Notes under the pieces: model-generated
Database searches by the model: none
Seen by the model: the letters and a program-made list of their open reading frames with translations, nothing else
What the model was told of the DNA's origin: nothing
Source of the DNA: Ylistrum balloti
Lineage: Eukaryota
Assembly (NCBI RefSeq): GCF_031769215.1
Contig: NW_026782454.1
Span: 434,001-498,000, forward strand
Length of the DNA: 64,000 nucleotides
Reading direction: 5' to 3'
Translations under genes and position numbers: made by a program
Shown: piece by piece, positions 38,301 through 51,239 of the stretch
How the letters are laid out: every line of letters begins with the position of its first letter
Position numbering within the stretch: position 1 is the first letter of the stretch

Positions 38301-41300
38301 ACTGATTATTTTCAGATTCATTAAATATCAACATAAGAAAAGTCTAGATATCAGCTTATATGAAGCAGAAAACAGTGAGTGCAATGTTTCCATTCTTATC
38401 TGACAAATAAGAGAACAGAGCATTAGGAGAAAAACAGCTCAAAACTTGCATTTGTCAACTGTGGTATCATAATATCTTTGTAGTGTTACCTACTGCCACA
38501 GACCAGTCCTTGTCTCAGCAGATGAAATGTTAATTGGTAACTCACTCTGATGTTACAAACTCTTCAGAAATACCAGTGGTGGATCTCATTAATTTTCCAT
38601 ATATATAATATATATATATATTAAACACAGGTACAGTTACAACAGGTTATTTAAATTTGATACCTACGAATCATTATCGTATATAATACAATGTGTTAAT
38701 TGATATTGGCACATGGTAACACAACTGATGAAGGAAGACAATTTTTACTTGTGCCCTATCTGGGCCTTGAGCTCACGACCTACGAGACCAAATCACCTAG
38801 CAGTTGTCAAATTTCTTGGCTATATATATATATATATAAATTTGAGTCTAAAAAAATCAAGTTGCTGCCATCCCCTCTTCACACATCCCAAATCCTGGAT
38901 TCACCACTGATTATGATACTCAATCCTATAGAGTATACATGTATTATCTCAACTGTAATTGTTATTCAATAAGACACAAATTGAAGGTTTTTAATTAATA
39001 TAATTTTTCAATTGTGGGTAACAATGTTAATTCATCAAAATTTCCACGTATTTTACTTAAATGTCATTCACCATAAGACATCATGTATCCTTCCTGTCAC
39101 TTTGAGTCTGACAGCATACTTTGTTGACAAAATATTTTAATTTGTATGATTACCCTGACATACCTCGTATATCTCGAATCTGTTCGCCATAATTATTTCT
39201 TTCGCTCTCCAACTTGTGAACCATCTGCATCAGCTGATCAATCAACTGTAAGAAAATAAAATACCAATTGTGTGGAATTTTATCATTAGGGCAGAGATAA
39301 TTATTAACCAGCAAATATATATATACCTGTACATCAGTATCAAGTTATATAGAATTTTGTAAGTTTATCTAAATCTGCAGCTGACAAAACATGTCCTCTC
39401 ATTTAACAATGGACTTTTATAATTTATGTATAATTTACAGGATGTCAAAGACAAAAACAAATTGAGAAGGTGCTTACTAATAACATGTACACTGACACTT
39501 TGATCAAACTATTGTCAATTAAACCAGTTGAGGGTTCATACAAAACTGTTTATTTCAAAAAGAGGTCAAGTGTAGCTATTGACCCTTTACCCATGTACAG
39601 TTGCTGAGATTGCAGGTGGTAGACACTACTGGTGGACTTTTTGTCCCTGAGGTTTGCTGTAACCTGTATGCCACATTTTAATTCATTCAAATACTGGCAT
39701 TACTCAGCTGCTGTTTCTTACATTCTTTTGAAATTATCAAAGATATGAAAATTACAAAATTTATCAAATTACAGGGAAAGTGCACATCCCCATCTAGATT
39801 TTGATATTTCATTCAATCAACTTTTTCATCCCTCAGTTGCCACCTAGGTTTCAAAATTAAGGCCCTTAGCATCACTGACAAGTCAAAGAAAGAAAAAACA
39901 GCTGTATGATGTAGCATCACTGACAAGTCAAAGAAAGAAAAAAACAGCTGTATGATGTAGCATCACTGACAAGTAAAAGAAAGAAAAAACAGCTGTATGA
40001 TGCAGTTTAATTCAGTATTTGGCTCTACTCTATCTTATTTTTCTAAATCTGCATTGATAGGTTCTGTCCACTTGGGAGTCTTTTGTACAACTCCTGACCA
40101 ATGGCCAACAAAAAGTAATCAGATGTAGAACCTGATGGAGTGATATAATGGTGTGAATAAACAAGTGATATCTTTTACACAAGGTTTCTATTTCAAAAGT
40201 CGTCAAGTTTGCCTTGATTTGTAAAAGATAATGGTTTATAACAGGAGATAGCATGGCTGCAACACCGAATTCCCGTCTATACCTACCTTATTTTGTTGGT
40301 CCAGTTTCTCTTGCAGTGATTGTGTGAACATAGGGGTAGCACCACCTGTATATGTGGTGCCCTGACTACCACTTGTGGCTCCTGTATATGTGGTACTATG
40401 GCCACCACTGGGTGTATATGATTTTGTATCTAAGGCAGTAGATTCATAAGCATCTGGGATTGTACTGAGTTGTGTCCCTTGACGGAAAGATGTATTCAAA
40501 CCACTGGGATAGCGGGAGGTGCTTGGCGATATATCAGACATGGAAGAAAACTTTCTCATAGATGGAGATGAACTGGAGTCTAAAAATCACAAAACAGTGA
40601 TTTGTTTTAAAATATTCTTGCTTATAATTTAATATGGATAAAATGATTCCCCAATGACCTGAAAATATTTACACATCTCCACATCGCCTTTTTACTATGT
40701 ATGAAATTTTCAGTCCTAACGATTAAATAAATCTTTTTTATGGCTCATTTGAAGCTCTTAAAAGTTTAAACAAAATTGGTCAAGCAGAATTTGATCTTCA
40801 TTCTACCTACATATTCTCATTGTGAATTCTGATTCAGAAGATCGAGAAATTTCACACACCACAATATTATTCAGATATGATCTTCAATAATGTAATGAGT
40901 TGGATTACAAAGTAAAGCATATATATTGCAACTTATTGGTAACATCAGATTTCTGATCATTTTTCCGTGTAATTGTAAATAGTTTCTGAAACATTAACAT
41001 ATGAATAGTTCTTTCTGTTCTGATTTTCTATGGTATAACTGCTATGCACTTGACTTTATAAAGATAAACAAATGTTTTATAGAGTCAACAGGTCCTGATT
41101 TGGTCACAAGTTTTAAACTAAGATTTGTAAGTAAGAAAGTAACTGTACATCTTCTATACTTCCAATCGTTGTAACCACGAAAACCAACACCATCACCAGC
41201 TCTTTTCTACAACAGACAAAGTCATATTTGATATGATTATACAGTACTATATATATCAAAAGAAAACAGAAATTCTTTCAAACTAAGCTTCAAGGACAAA

Positions 41301-42220
41301 GAAACATACAAACTGCTAATTGTAAAAGTAATGGATACACATGGGAAAACTACAGGTCAATTTTCTGTTTAGAAAGGGGCCGAATATGGGCCACATCCAC
41401 ATTACAAAATCCATGGTATCGATGGCTATTAGGATCTGTTTAATCCGAAGGAATCTGTCTAATTTGTATCCATCTGGGATTTTGTTTTTTTGTCAGCTCA
41501 CCTATCAAACAGCAGTCTTATAGCAATATCAATGATGTAGTCTAATACTGATAGAGGATCTTGATATTAATTGTTAGTATATACTAACCAGTGGATTTGA
41601 ATTTGGTTCTGGGTTGCTATTGAAACAGCTTGTTACGCAGATTATGATGTGAGTATAGCAACATCATGTTTATGTCCTGTTACATTGGGTCCTAGAGATA
41701 CAGTATACTGTTTCATATTTATCCTGTTATAAGCCCTGGGTCATTACATTCCTTCTTACTAAAGCCAGGGCTTATTTCAAGGCAAGAAAATAGTACACTT
41801 TACTGATTTTATTAAACAGCAATATATATATGGGTGGACTTATTACCAGCCATGAGCTTTTTACCAGATAAATACGATAGTCGGTTGTAAAAGAATCGTG
41901 TCTCTGTTTTCTTAAATATGATTGATTCTGACGATGTTGCAAATTGGAATAAGCTATTATTTTTTTTCAAAAAAAGAGTTAAAGACTGTATTTTTATTGT
42001 AGACATCAACTTCGTCAGAACCATACACAAGTCATGTACTTGTTGATCTTCTATTGTTATTGGTGAAAAAAATGATATGAAACATGACTGGACCGGTGAA
42101 TGTTCGCCAACAGATAAATGCTTCCGATTTGCAAATACGAACCTTCATTCGTGACAAATTTGACTGTGTTTCTCGCAAAAGGGAAGAAACTTTGCCCTCC
42201 CAATCTGTTTTGTGGTTCAT
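32312..42220 (-). CDS. uncharacterised coiled-coil protein, ~425 aa, 11 exons, acidic C-terminal tail
   Basis: Exons read 5'->3' on the - strand: 42220-42143, 41206-41160 (least certain), 40572-40287, 39245-39164, 38139-37941, 37731-37664, 37361-37285, 35987-35881, 35151-35048, 34034-33879, 32385-32312 (TGA). All GT-AG, phases chain without a stop, total 1278 nt. Begins MNHKTDWEGKVSSLLRETQSNLSRMK; heptad-like helices (LQEKLDQQNKLIDQLMQMVHKLESERNNYGEQIRDIR; LREEMETVRRDVEVLKSRLMKIELDM); ends DLDLEDLDLSDDDTVSLESQHF. Family not recognised. Confidence 0.8.
32995..33225. repeat. 81-bp triplication
   Basis: Units start at 32995, 33076 and 33157. Confidence 0.92.
35330..35782 (-). mobile_element. 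HINE-like element with ~150-bp internal repeats
   Basis: Two to three diverged units (ACAAAATTTTAA..AAGGGCAATA..TCTGTAAT), a (GACA) microsatellite at ~35706 and an imperfect terminal hairpin at 35752-35772. Confidence 0.45.
36420..37300. repeat. ~33-bp minisatellite containing the exon donor CAG|GTGAGT/GTGGGT (- strand), ~25 copies
   Basis: Units overlap the 3' end of exon 37361-37285. Confidence 0.95.
38720..38822 (-). mobile_element. tRNA-derived SINE head, decayed
   Basis: On the - strand: A-box-like TAGCCAAGAAA (38822-38812) and B-box-like GGTCGTGAGCTCAAGGCCC; does not fold as a full cloverleaf by eye. Confidence 0.5.
39868..40005. repeat. ~46-bp triplication
   Basis: TAGCATCACTGACAAGTCAAAGAAAGAAAAAACAGCTGTATGATG x3. 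Confidence 0.9.
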
Positions 42221-42477
42221 AGTCTCCCAAGTTTCCTTGTCCGTGGTTACAATTTTGACATGTTACGGTTGGTTGCGTTGTCCAAGAAGCTAAACGTCTT
42301 ACCCACCAAGATCAGGGAGACTACCAAGTAGCAAAACGGATTAAACATATCCGGAAAAAAGGGAAGCGAGACATAATTGGATATCAAGCTAACACATGAT
42401 AACAGAATGGTAATATGAAATAGCTACTGCCTAAAAGCGAGCACAACTTGATCAGTAAAAACGCACATTCTGTAAGT

Positions 42478-42660
42478 TTATGGCATACCCCGGTGTCTGT
42501 CGTTCGTCCGTCCGTCCGTCAGCTTTTTCATACAAATCGCTACCTGTCATAAACGACTTACAGGATTTTGAACAAATTTGGCAGAAGCATCCCCGGTGAA
42601 ATTTTGTATAAACGGTGGATCTTGGCCCACTGAAAATGAACCATGAACCTCCTTCATAGT
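42478..42660 (+). mobile_element. truncated HINE-like element
   Basis: ATACCCCGGTGTCTGTCGTTCGTCCGTCCGTCCGTCAGC microsatellite head followed by the AAATTTGGCAGAAGCATCCCC body typical of this repeat class. Confidence 0.5.
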
Positions 42661-44721
42661 CTAATAAAATTTTTAACAAAATGATTATTTTGACAATTTC
42701 ACTGTGAAATAATAGCATTATTATGTATAATGTACAAAAATGTATAAATGTAAAATGTATAAATCTCCAAATGTATGCCCCTTAATATCAAGTATAGTAA
42801 CTTTCCAACACATGGATATAACTTTGACAAACTTGAACTAAAAATTAGTTGTGTCATTTTTTTAGGTGAAAATAGCACATAATTTCAGTTTATGGAAATT
42901 TTTTAAGTCATATCGTTGTATATGTAACACACCATCAATGTACGTGTATCGATGAGTCATTAAGACGGACTGCTGTTTATATATACTACATAGTTATATT
43001 GTTTTCTAATCAAAATTTAAGGCACAGTTATAATCAAAACATAGTACACTTGAGTTTATTTTAATGCCTTGTTTGTTGGTTTTTTTTTCTCCAATTGGTT
43101 TTTTTTGTAAGCTTATCTCTATATATTGCGTTCAGTTTACGACTGACATTTGTAACCATTGGTGTGAATATATACTGACCGATTCACTTATAGTAAATAA
43201 AACAATAATGACGAATCATGCAAGCATTATTAAAGAAGTGTACAATGTATATACTATGTTGATGTTGATATTTACATATACAATCGTTTTTAACGAGAAG
43301 TGTATACTGTAACCATGATTATAACTGAGATATTCTTGGTTTCGTTTTATCTGGGTTCAGAATGCTTTCAGATACTTTCTTGGTTTTAAAAGAGCTCGGC
43401 GGAGATCATAGGGTAATGGCAGTAATTTATAAACAGGAATTTTGCCCGGGACGTATTACATCAAGATTTTTTTTTCACTGAGTCGTCAAGGCCTTCAATT
43501 TTTTTAGTTAACTGTACCCCATTCACTACAAAATATAAGCTGTCTTTGCATTGACCGGCATGACCAGAGCCAAAGTGAAAAGGGAATCTCATTTTCGTAA
43601 CAAAAATAATACTAATAGATTAAAATGACTAATCATATAAATTAAATTTACCAAACAGAAAATTAGTCAGATTTTTAGTGGCACCGATTTATAAATTACT
43701 TTCCTTAATAAAGTGTGATATTTCAGTTGTGAATAGCCGTTTTGTTTTTAAAATATCTAAAGTTAACAGAAAGTATTTGTCAAAAGAGTTAGTGGGATCA
43801 GTTTGAAAATTGACATCTGCTCTATACTGTTTGTTTTGGCAAGATTAGTTAGGAACTTTTGGAGAAAATTTTATATGAACACAGCAAGGCTAATTAACTT
43901 TATTTGACTCAGTATTTCAGTTCAATAAGTTCCACAACACACCCATCGTACAGACAATATCAATTTATCTGTTATAATTAGCACGTTTCGACACAATCAT
44001 AATCAGATATCAAAATAGATACAAACATGCATTTTCCAGCACCTGAAACAACCAGGGAAAGCAGAAAAAACAGTCTCAGATTCCTCTATCATACGTTTCT
44101 GATTTTACCTGACATAGTTGACGTTCAAGACTTAGCTAGAAGACTTAATTATGTTGGCGTGCTAGTATCGCATCTAGTACATTAATTATCTACATTCGCG
44201 CGACTTTTGCGCTCTTAAAAATATACTGACATGTAATTGCTTATGAAATTCAATCAGTGTTCCTTAAAATGAGAAATTTTATGTGAACACCGCATCCGAG
44301 GTATGATCCCCCAACTGTACTCGTCGCGGTTGAGCAAGATTTTGCAGATCCGTTTTGGATGTTCCGTTTTAGATAGCCTCCCTTTTTAAGAGCACGTTTT
44401 CCTATTTTGATAACCGTAGTTATGGAGTCTTTCCGAAGATTTGATTTGCCAGAGCCAGTCTCATGACCATCAAGTCACTAAAACGGTCGATATCGCCGAG
44501 CGCTGATTGGTTGATTAATATACTTACCTGTAATGATGATATATAAACACATAAATGGACAAACTTATAGATATATCTTCCCTGGTGCTTTCAACTCTTC
44601 AGCAATTCTTCTGGATGATGTTTATTAGGAATTATAACAGGGTAACAACACATAAACAAATTATGATGTAACATTTATAGAAGCGTTGCATAGCAGCTGT
44701 AGCTAACCAAACCGAACATTT

Positions 44722-45286
44722 TACCCCACAGTCCGAAAGGGTGTGGGGTATTGCGGTCACGCACGGCGTCCGCCCGTCTGTCTCGCCGTCCGTCTCGCCG
44801 TCCATCCACAATTGCATACCGCTTATTATCTCAAAAACTACATCACCGGTCATCACCATTTTCACTGGGGATGTTGGACCTATGGACCTACACAACCCTA
44901 TTGTTTTTCGTCACCGCGCGATATTCAATATGGCAGTTACGGGCGCCATCTTGAATTTGCATTCCGCTCATTATCTCAAGAACGACAACACCGGTGGTCA
45001 CCATTTTTACTGAGGATGTTGGGCCTATTGACCTATTCAACCCTATTGTTTTTCGTCGCTGCCCGATATCCAATATGGCGGTTACGGGCGCCATCTTGAA
45101 TTTGCTTTCCGCTCATTATCTCAAGAACGACAACACCGGTGGTCACCATTTTCACTGAGGATGTTGGGCCTATGGACCTACACAACCCTATTGTTTTTCG
45201 TCGTCGCTCGATATCCAATATGGCGGTTACGGCCACCATCTTGAATTGGCTGTGGGGTATTGCCCGCGTTTGCGGAGCTATTTTTT
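44722..45286 (+). mobile_element. complete HINE (Helentron-associated interspersed element)
   Basis: 5' inverted repeat TACCCCACA (44722-30) / TGTGGGGTA (44742-50), CCGT-type microsatellite, three 145-bp tandem units (44819, 44964, 45109), 3' subterminal TGTGGGGTATTGC (45251-63), hairpin CCGC-GTTT-GCGG (45264-75), and T-rich flanks. Confidence 0.85.
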
Positions 45287-45867
45287 AAAAATGAAAACAC
45301 GTTGGTATGAAATGCAAATATAAGGATTATTTATTTATTTATTTCGTTTTCTAATGTGCATATGAAGGATGTAGTTCCCAAGTTGTGACGCCGTCATCTA
45401 TTCAGACACACCCCACAAAACAGGTATTACAGTAACAATTTTACAGAGTAGTATCACATGAAGACGTTTCATAAACACGCACGATGAGCCATTTACTTCC
45501 TTTAACATACACAAGTAAACCTGGAACACCGTATTGCAAAGAACTTTAAGCTAGTGTTTCATAGAGTTTTAAACTTAGATGAAGACTGATAAAAAAATTC
45601 TGTCAGAACAACAAACATTTCATGAATGAAACACGTTTGTATTGTTGTAAAAACTTTAAATGTTTAAGTAAGAATTCACACTGTTCAGGTATATGATGTT
45701 TCTATCGCCGGATATCAACATCCCTTCATCCACAACCTATAGTATTTACATGTCGCAACTGTTTCGATCTTCAAGGGCTTATTTCCAATATCACTATTTT
45801 CATGCAAGATATATGCAATTGACAGAGAAAAAAAATCACATAACAAGTGGGTAGGCTGATAAAAATG

Positions 45868-47455
45868 ATGCAGTGTTATGGTTGTCATAATGATAAGGAA
45901 GTGTTATGGTTGTCATAATGACCAGGAAGTGTTATGGTTGTCATAATGACGAGGAAGTTTTGTGGTTGTCATAATAACCAGGAAGTGTTATGGTTGTCAT
46001 AATGACCAGGAAGTGTTATGGTTGTCATAATGACCAGGAAGTTTTGTGGTTGTCATAATGACCAGGAAGTGTTATGATTGTCATAATGACCAGGAAGTGT
46101 TATGGTTGTCATAATGACCAGGAAGTTTTGTGGTTGTCATAATGACCAGGAAGTGTTATGATTGTCATAATGACCAGGAAGTTTTGTGGTTGTCATAATG
46201 ACGAGGAAGTTTTATGGTTGTCATAATGACGAGGAAGTTTTGTGGTTGTCATAATGACGAGGAAGTTTTGTGGTTGTCATAATAACCAGGAAGTGTTATG
46301 GTTGTCATAATGACCAGGAAGTTTTGTGGTTGTCATAATGACCAGGAAGTTTTATGGTTGTCATAATGACGAGGAAGTTTTGTGGTTGTCATAATGACCA
46401 GGAAGTTTTGTGGTTGTCATAATGACCAGGAAGTTTTGTGGTTGTCATAATGACGAGGAAGTTTTGTGGTTGTCATAATGACCAGGAAGTTTTATGGTTG
46501 TCATAATGACGAGGAAGTTTTGTGGTTGTCATAATGACCAGGAAGTTTTGTGGTTGTCATAATGACCAGGAAGTTTTGTGGTTGTCATAATAATGAGTTG
46601 TCATAATGACGAGGAAGTGTGGTTGTCATAATGACCAGGAAGTTGTCATAATGACGAGGAAGTTTTGTGGTTGTCATAATGACGAGGAAGTTTTGTGGTT
46701 GTCATAATGACCAGGAAGTTTTGTGGTTGTCATAATGACCAGGAAGTTTTGTGGTTGTCATAATGACCAGGAAGTTTTGTGGTTGTCATAATGACCAGGA
46801 AGTTTTGTGGTTGTCATAATGACGAGGAAGTTTTGTGGTTGTCATAATGACCAGGAAGTTTTGTAGTTGTCATAATGACGAGGAAGTTTTGTGGTTGTCA
46901 TAATGACCAGGTAGTTTTGTGGTTGTCATAATGACGAGGAAGTTTTGTGGTTGTCATAATGACGAGGAAGTTTTGTGGTTGTCATAATGACCAGGAAGTT
47001 TTGTGGTTGTCATAATGACGAGGAAGTTTTATAGTTGTCATAATGACCAGGAAGTTTTGTGGTTGTCATAATGACCAGGAAGTTTTGTGGTTGTCATAAT
47101 GACCAGGAAGTTTTATAGTTGTCATAATGACGAGGAAGTTTTATGGTTGTCATAATGACGAGGAAGTTTTGTGGTTGTCATAATGACCAGGAAGTTTTAT
47201 AGTTGTCATAATGACGAGGAAGTTTTATGGTTGTCATAATGACGAGGAAGTTTTGTGGTTGTCATAATGACGAGGAAGTTTTGTGGTTGTCATAATGACG
47301 AGGAAGTTTTGTGGTTGTCATAATGACGAGGAAGTTTTATGGTTGTCATAATGACGAGGAAGTTTTATGGTTGTCATAATGACCAGGAAGTTTTGTGGTT
47401 GTCATAATGACCAGGAAGTTTTGTGGTTGTCATAATGACGAGGAAGTTTTATGAT
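45868..47455. repeat. 28-bp minisatellite, ~57 copies
   Basis: TGGTTGTCATAATGACCAGGAAGTTTTG; in the intron of GPCR copy A. Confidence 0.97.
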
Positions 47456-47477
47456 TCCTTTTCTCTCTGATTTGAGA

Positions 47478-47570
47478 AGAACGTGATATCACTTACTTTG
47501 ATCGACCAAGGTTTACCTGGCGTGTGTCGTCGAAGAAGCAGGAGACGCTAACCCTTCCAGAACCCTGACT
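47478..47570 (+). mobile_element. Penelope-like element 3' end fragment
   Basis: AACGTGATATCAC...GACCAAGG...GAAGCAGGAGACGCTAACCCTTCC matches the 3' tail of the copy at 51760-51865. Confidence 0.55.
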
Positions 47571-48464
47571 ATTAACTGGCATACCAGGATACACTACTCA
47601 ACCATTAATGGAAGCCAACAGATAGTAAACACCATCATGAGCACCACTAGGAACATCACGTTGAACACGTCACCAGCTCGCCGTGACTCTGATTTCAGCC
47701 AAACTCCATGGTCAGTTTTTAGGAGCCTCCGTCTGATCAGCACTACAATGACCAATGTATTTAGGACCACCATCATCCCGATCATACCCATCCCGAGAAA
47801 GGCATAAAGGTAAGAAAACAGCTTACCACCGGCGTCTGTAGCAAACTGATTAAAGAAACACCAAGTTCCAGGAAACTGATGGACATTCTCGTTTATACCC
47901 ATTAAAGGTAGGCAAGCCAAGATGAACGAAAAATACATATCCCTGCCATTGTGATGTTAACACGACGTTTACCTAACACATTAGTGTAGAAAAATGGGAA
48001 CCACACAGCCAGAAAACGGTCTAAGGACATTGCTGCTGCAAGCATCGCCGATGTCATTCCAGCAAATATAAAGAAAAACGACATCAAGTCACACACCGCT
48101 TGCCCTCCCATCCATTTCTTGTTATTGACATAAGCGGTAATGGAAACCGGAAGTGGGCCAACGAGGCCTATAAAATCCGAGACTACGAGGGTCAACACGA
48201 GCTGGTAGAATGTCCGCCATTTGTGTTTTCGTGACGTGCAAATGAGAAGAACCAAAGCTAGAATATTTCCGGTTCCGCCAAACAAGAGAATCATTACTAC
48301 TGGTAGGACGGGGAGATCTTTCCCGGGTTTTGGCGTGGAACTGACGAGATTCCAAGTCGTAGGAGTGACGTCATCTTTGGTGGTTAGGAAAGGGGTAGAT
48401 ACTGACGTCATAGTGGTGTGACTTTCCACCATAAATACTAATAAAGAATGTTACAGTCAAGAAT

Positions 48465-49222
48465 ACGTAATTCATTCTTGTCACGTGACACAATGATTAC
48501 CACCAGATACGTAATTCATACTTGTCACGTCACAATGATTACCACCAGATACGTAATTCATTCTTGTCACGTCACAATGATTACCACCAGATACGTAATT
48601 CATACTTGTCACGTCACACAATGATTACCACCAGATACATAATTCATACTTGTCACGTCACACAATGATTACCGCCAGGTACGTAATTCATTCTTGTCAC
48701 GTCACAATGATTACCACCAGATACGTAATTCATTCTTGTCACGTGACACAATGATTACCACCAGATACGTAATTCATACTTGTCACGTCACACAATGATT
48801 ACCACCAGATACATAATTCATACTTGTCACGTCACACAATGATTACCGCCAGGTACGTAATTCATTCTTGTCACGTCACACAATGATTACCGCCAGGTAC
48901 GTAATTCATTCTTGTCACGTCACAATGATTACCACCAGATACGTAATTCATACTTGTCACGTGACACAATGATTACCACCAGATACGTAATTCATACTTG
49001 TCACGTGACACAATGATTACCACCAGATACGTAATTCATACTTGTCACGTCACACAATGATTACCACCAGATACATAATTCATACTTGTCACGTCACACA
49101 ATGATTACCGCCAGGTACATAATTCATACTTGTCACGTCACACAATGATTACCACCAGATACATAATTCATACTTGTCACGTCACACAATGATTACCACC
49201 AGGTACATAATTCATACTTGAC
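48465..49222. repeat. 42-44-bp minisatellite, ~17 copies
   Basis: ACGTAATTCATACTTGTCACGTCACACAATGATTACCACCAGAT. Confidence 0.97.
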
Positions 49223-49399
49223 AAGTTTTCAGCTTTTATTTTGAAGGCACCTGTCTGATTTTGATCTGGTTAGGTACACTTTCCAGACAAGCAAGGGATA
49301 TTAGATATACCCAGCGAAGTGCAGACTGGGACCATTGATGGAGTAGAAGAGGTTGTCCAACGTAGTATGTGAGTGTTTAGCTGAGTCTGGAGTCTGATC

Positions 49400-50095
49400 T
49401 CTAAATGGCTTTTACCCTATCAATCATGTTTGATAAAAAATTAACATATCAAAGGTTGGCTGTGAATTCCTACTTATACATATGTGCAATTTTCCTTAAC
49501 GTTAACAACATTGTTGATAAAGAAACTTCAGACACATAGTCAAAGTGTTCAAGAAATTTGCCCAATTTTATTGTGAATACCCTTCATTGCGATGTATATC
49601 ATTTTTGTGTGGGAAAATACTGATACCTTAATATAATTGGAATTTAAAGAACTGACATACTTGTGGGAACAAACTGTGCCCCTTTCTTTTCTGACTGTTT
49701 TAACGAGCTGAATTCAAAACAGGTCAGAAAGACTTTCCAATTTTCACTATGAGATATATTGTCGATGTTTTGTCTAACTTTCCTACCAGAAACAAACATG
49801 GACTTCTTACCATCAAGCTGTCTAATAAGCATTTCGATTTCTAGGATGAATTTTCTATTTCTAGGTAGTAACAACTAGCTTTCCTAATGTATTGCAACAT
49901 TCAGGGAATTTTTCCTATAGTCACGATTTTAGCATAAGATGTCGATAACTGAATAAACACACAGTCTAAGGTTTCGAGAGATGAAAATTGATGAAGATCA
50001 TGGAGAAGGTTTACGGTCGTTTATATGGCGTACGTATTCAATTAAGCAAAAGACGCTTACCCTTCCGGAACATATGGTCTTATTCTCCTTGTATT
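49400..50095 (+). mobile_element. decayed Penelope-like retroelement (RT fragment plus 3' end)
   Basis: ILVGTNCAPFFSD (~49657-49695), RYIVDVLS (49752-49775; decayed YIDD), RMNFLFLGSN, KIMEKVYGR, then the AAGACGCTTACCCTTCCGGAACA tail. The left boundary is approximate. Confidence 0.7.
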
Positions 50096-51239
50096 TCTTT
50101 CAGATCTGTCCATATAAATCTGTGTTTTTTGAATATCTGCACTGGTTTCATTGAATCTTTAATTTTATAAAATCTGTTAACATAACGATATATTCTATAT
50201 TGTTTGTTTAAAGTTAGTTCACGAAATTCAAAAGTGCTTATGGAAATGTTGTTATATTGTCTAATATTTTCATTTTTCTTTATAATTTTAAAAACAGATA
50301 TATGTTAGCGTTTAGTCGATATGTCTCTGTCGTTATTATCCAAAGCATAGGAACCGAAATGCATGCCAAGATAACAAGATCGTAATATCAATATTTTATT
50401 GATATCATCAACGAGAATAAAAACATGCGTTCTGGAGAGGTGTTTTACCTTCATCAATAGCACCATGTAGAACCAAGAAAGCATCAATAGAAAAAGGGCA
50501 TGGCATTATTTGTAATTTCAGAGTAAATGATAATTATGATTCATGATGACATCGCATATTTTTTTTCGAAAAAAACTACCCGTGGACTCTTGATTTCGTG
50601 GATAAATATATACCTCAGTAAATTCATAAAAATGAAATCATGGATTAATAGCACCATAGAAATCAACGAAAATAAGTCCCTCGCCAAAATACTACAACAC
50701 TTCATTCTAGGACAAATACTTCCTCGCAAAACTTCCATCTCTATAACAACCTTAGAAAAGATATAACATCTATTACTGTTTTCTAACACCATCAAAAATA
50801 CTTAATTTGATTGTTAATGCAGATCTTTGCGTTCTCAAATTACAGCGGAAGTATTTGAGTACCACAATATATTATAAACCAAGCCAAACGGACAAGGTAT
50901 CGGAAGAAACGATACACAACACCAGGTATGTGATAAAGTATAAAGGACACGCAATAGGTTCCGTGCTTCGTTTCCTTTAAGTGAATGTATTTCTCTGTGT
51001 CCGCTTTTGATTGAATTATCCTACTTTAAGCAGGTAAAACCACCATCATTTGTCCTTGTTTATTGTGCTACACGTCCTTCGCTCGTCTTTCATGAAAACC
51101 TCTGAGCCTACATTCCGTGTTATGGTACATCACTTCCCTTTCTGATGAGACCTTGTTTACATACACACTCTACAAAGTCATCGAAGACATTTGTCAGGTA
51201 TGTTTTCACAGACTTATCATTAACAGATATACTTACCAA

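Larger units (their letters stand above)
44290..48432 (-). pseudogene. prostanoid (EP-type) GPCR copy A, disabled
   Basis: Exon 1 (48432-47603) is nearly identical to copy B but has a 1-nt deletion near 47930 (TGT ATT TTT -CG TTC vs B TGT ACT TTT GCA TTC), splitting it into ORFs 47902-48432 and 47594-47938. The exon 2 remnant starting at 44527 lacks the 25 nt ATTGATCCCTGGATATATTTAATTC (DPWIY motif) at 44437/44438 and has further deletions downstream. The left end is approximate. Confidence 0.85.

Noticed and set aside
38720-38822. tRNA gene calls at 38720-38822 and 58100-58201
   Set aside because: Only degenerate A/B boxes, with no acceptor or anticodon stems; kept as SINE heads.
26655-51175. 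Other CTGANGA-like words (26665, 28762, 38727, 51143) as hammerheads
   Set aside because: No stem II closed by GAAA and no matching stems I/III.
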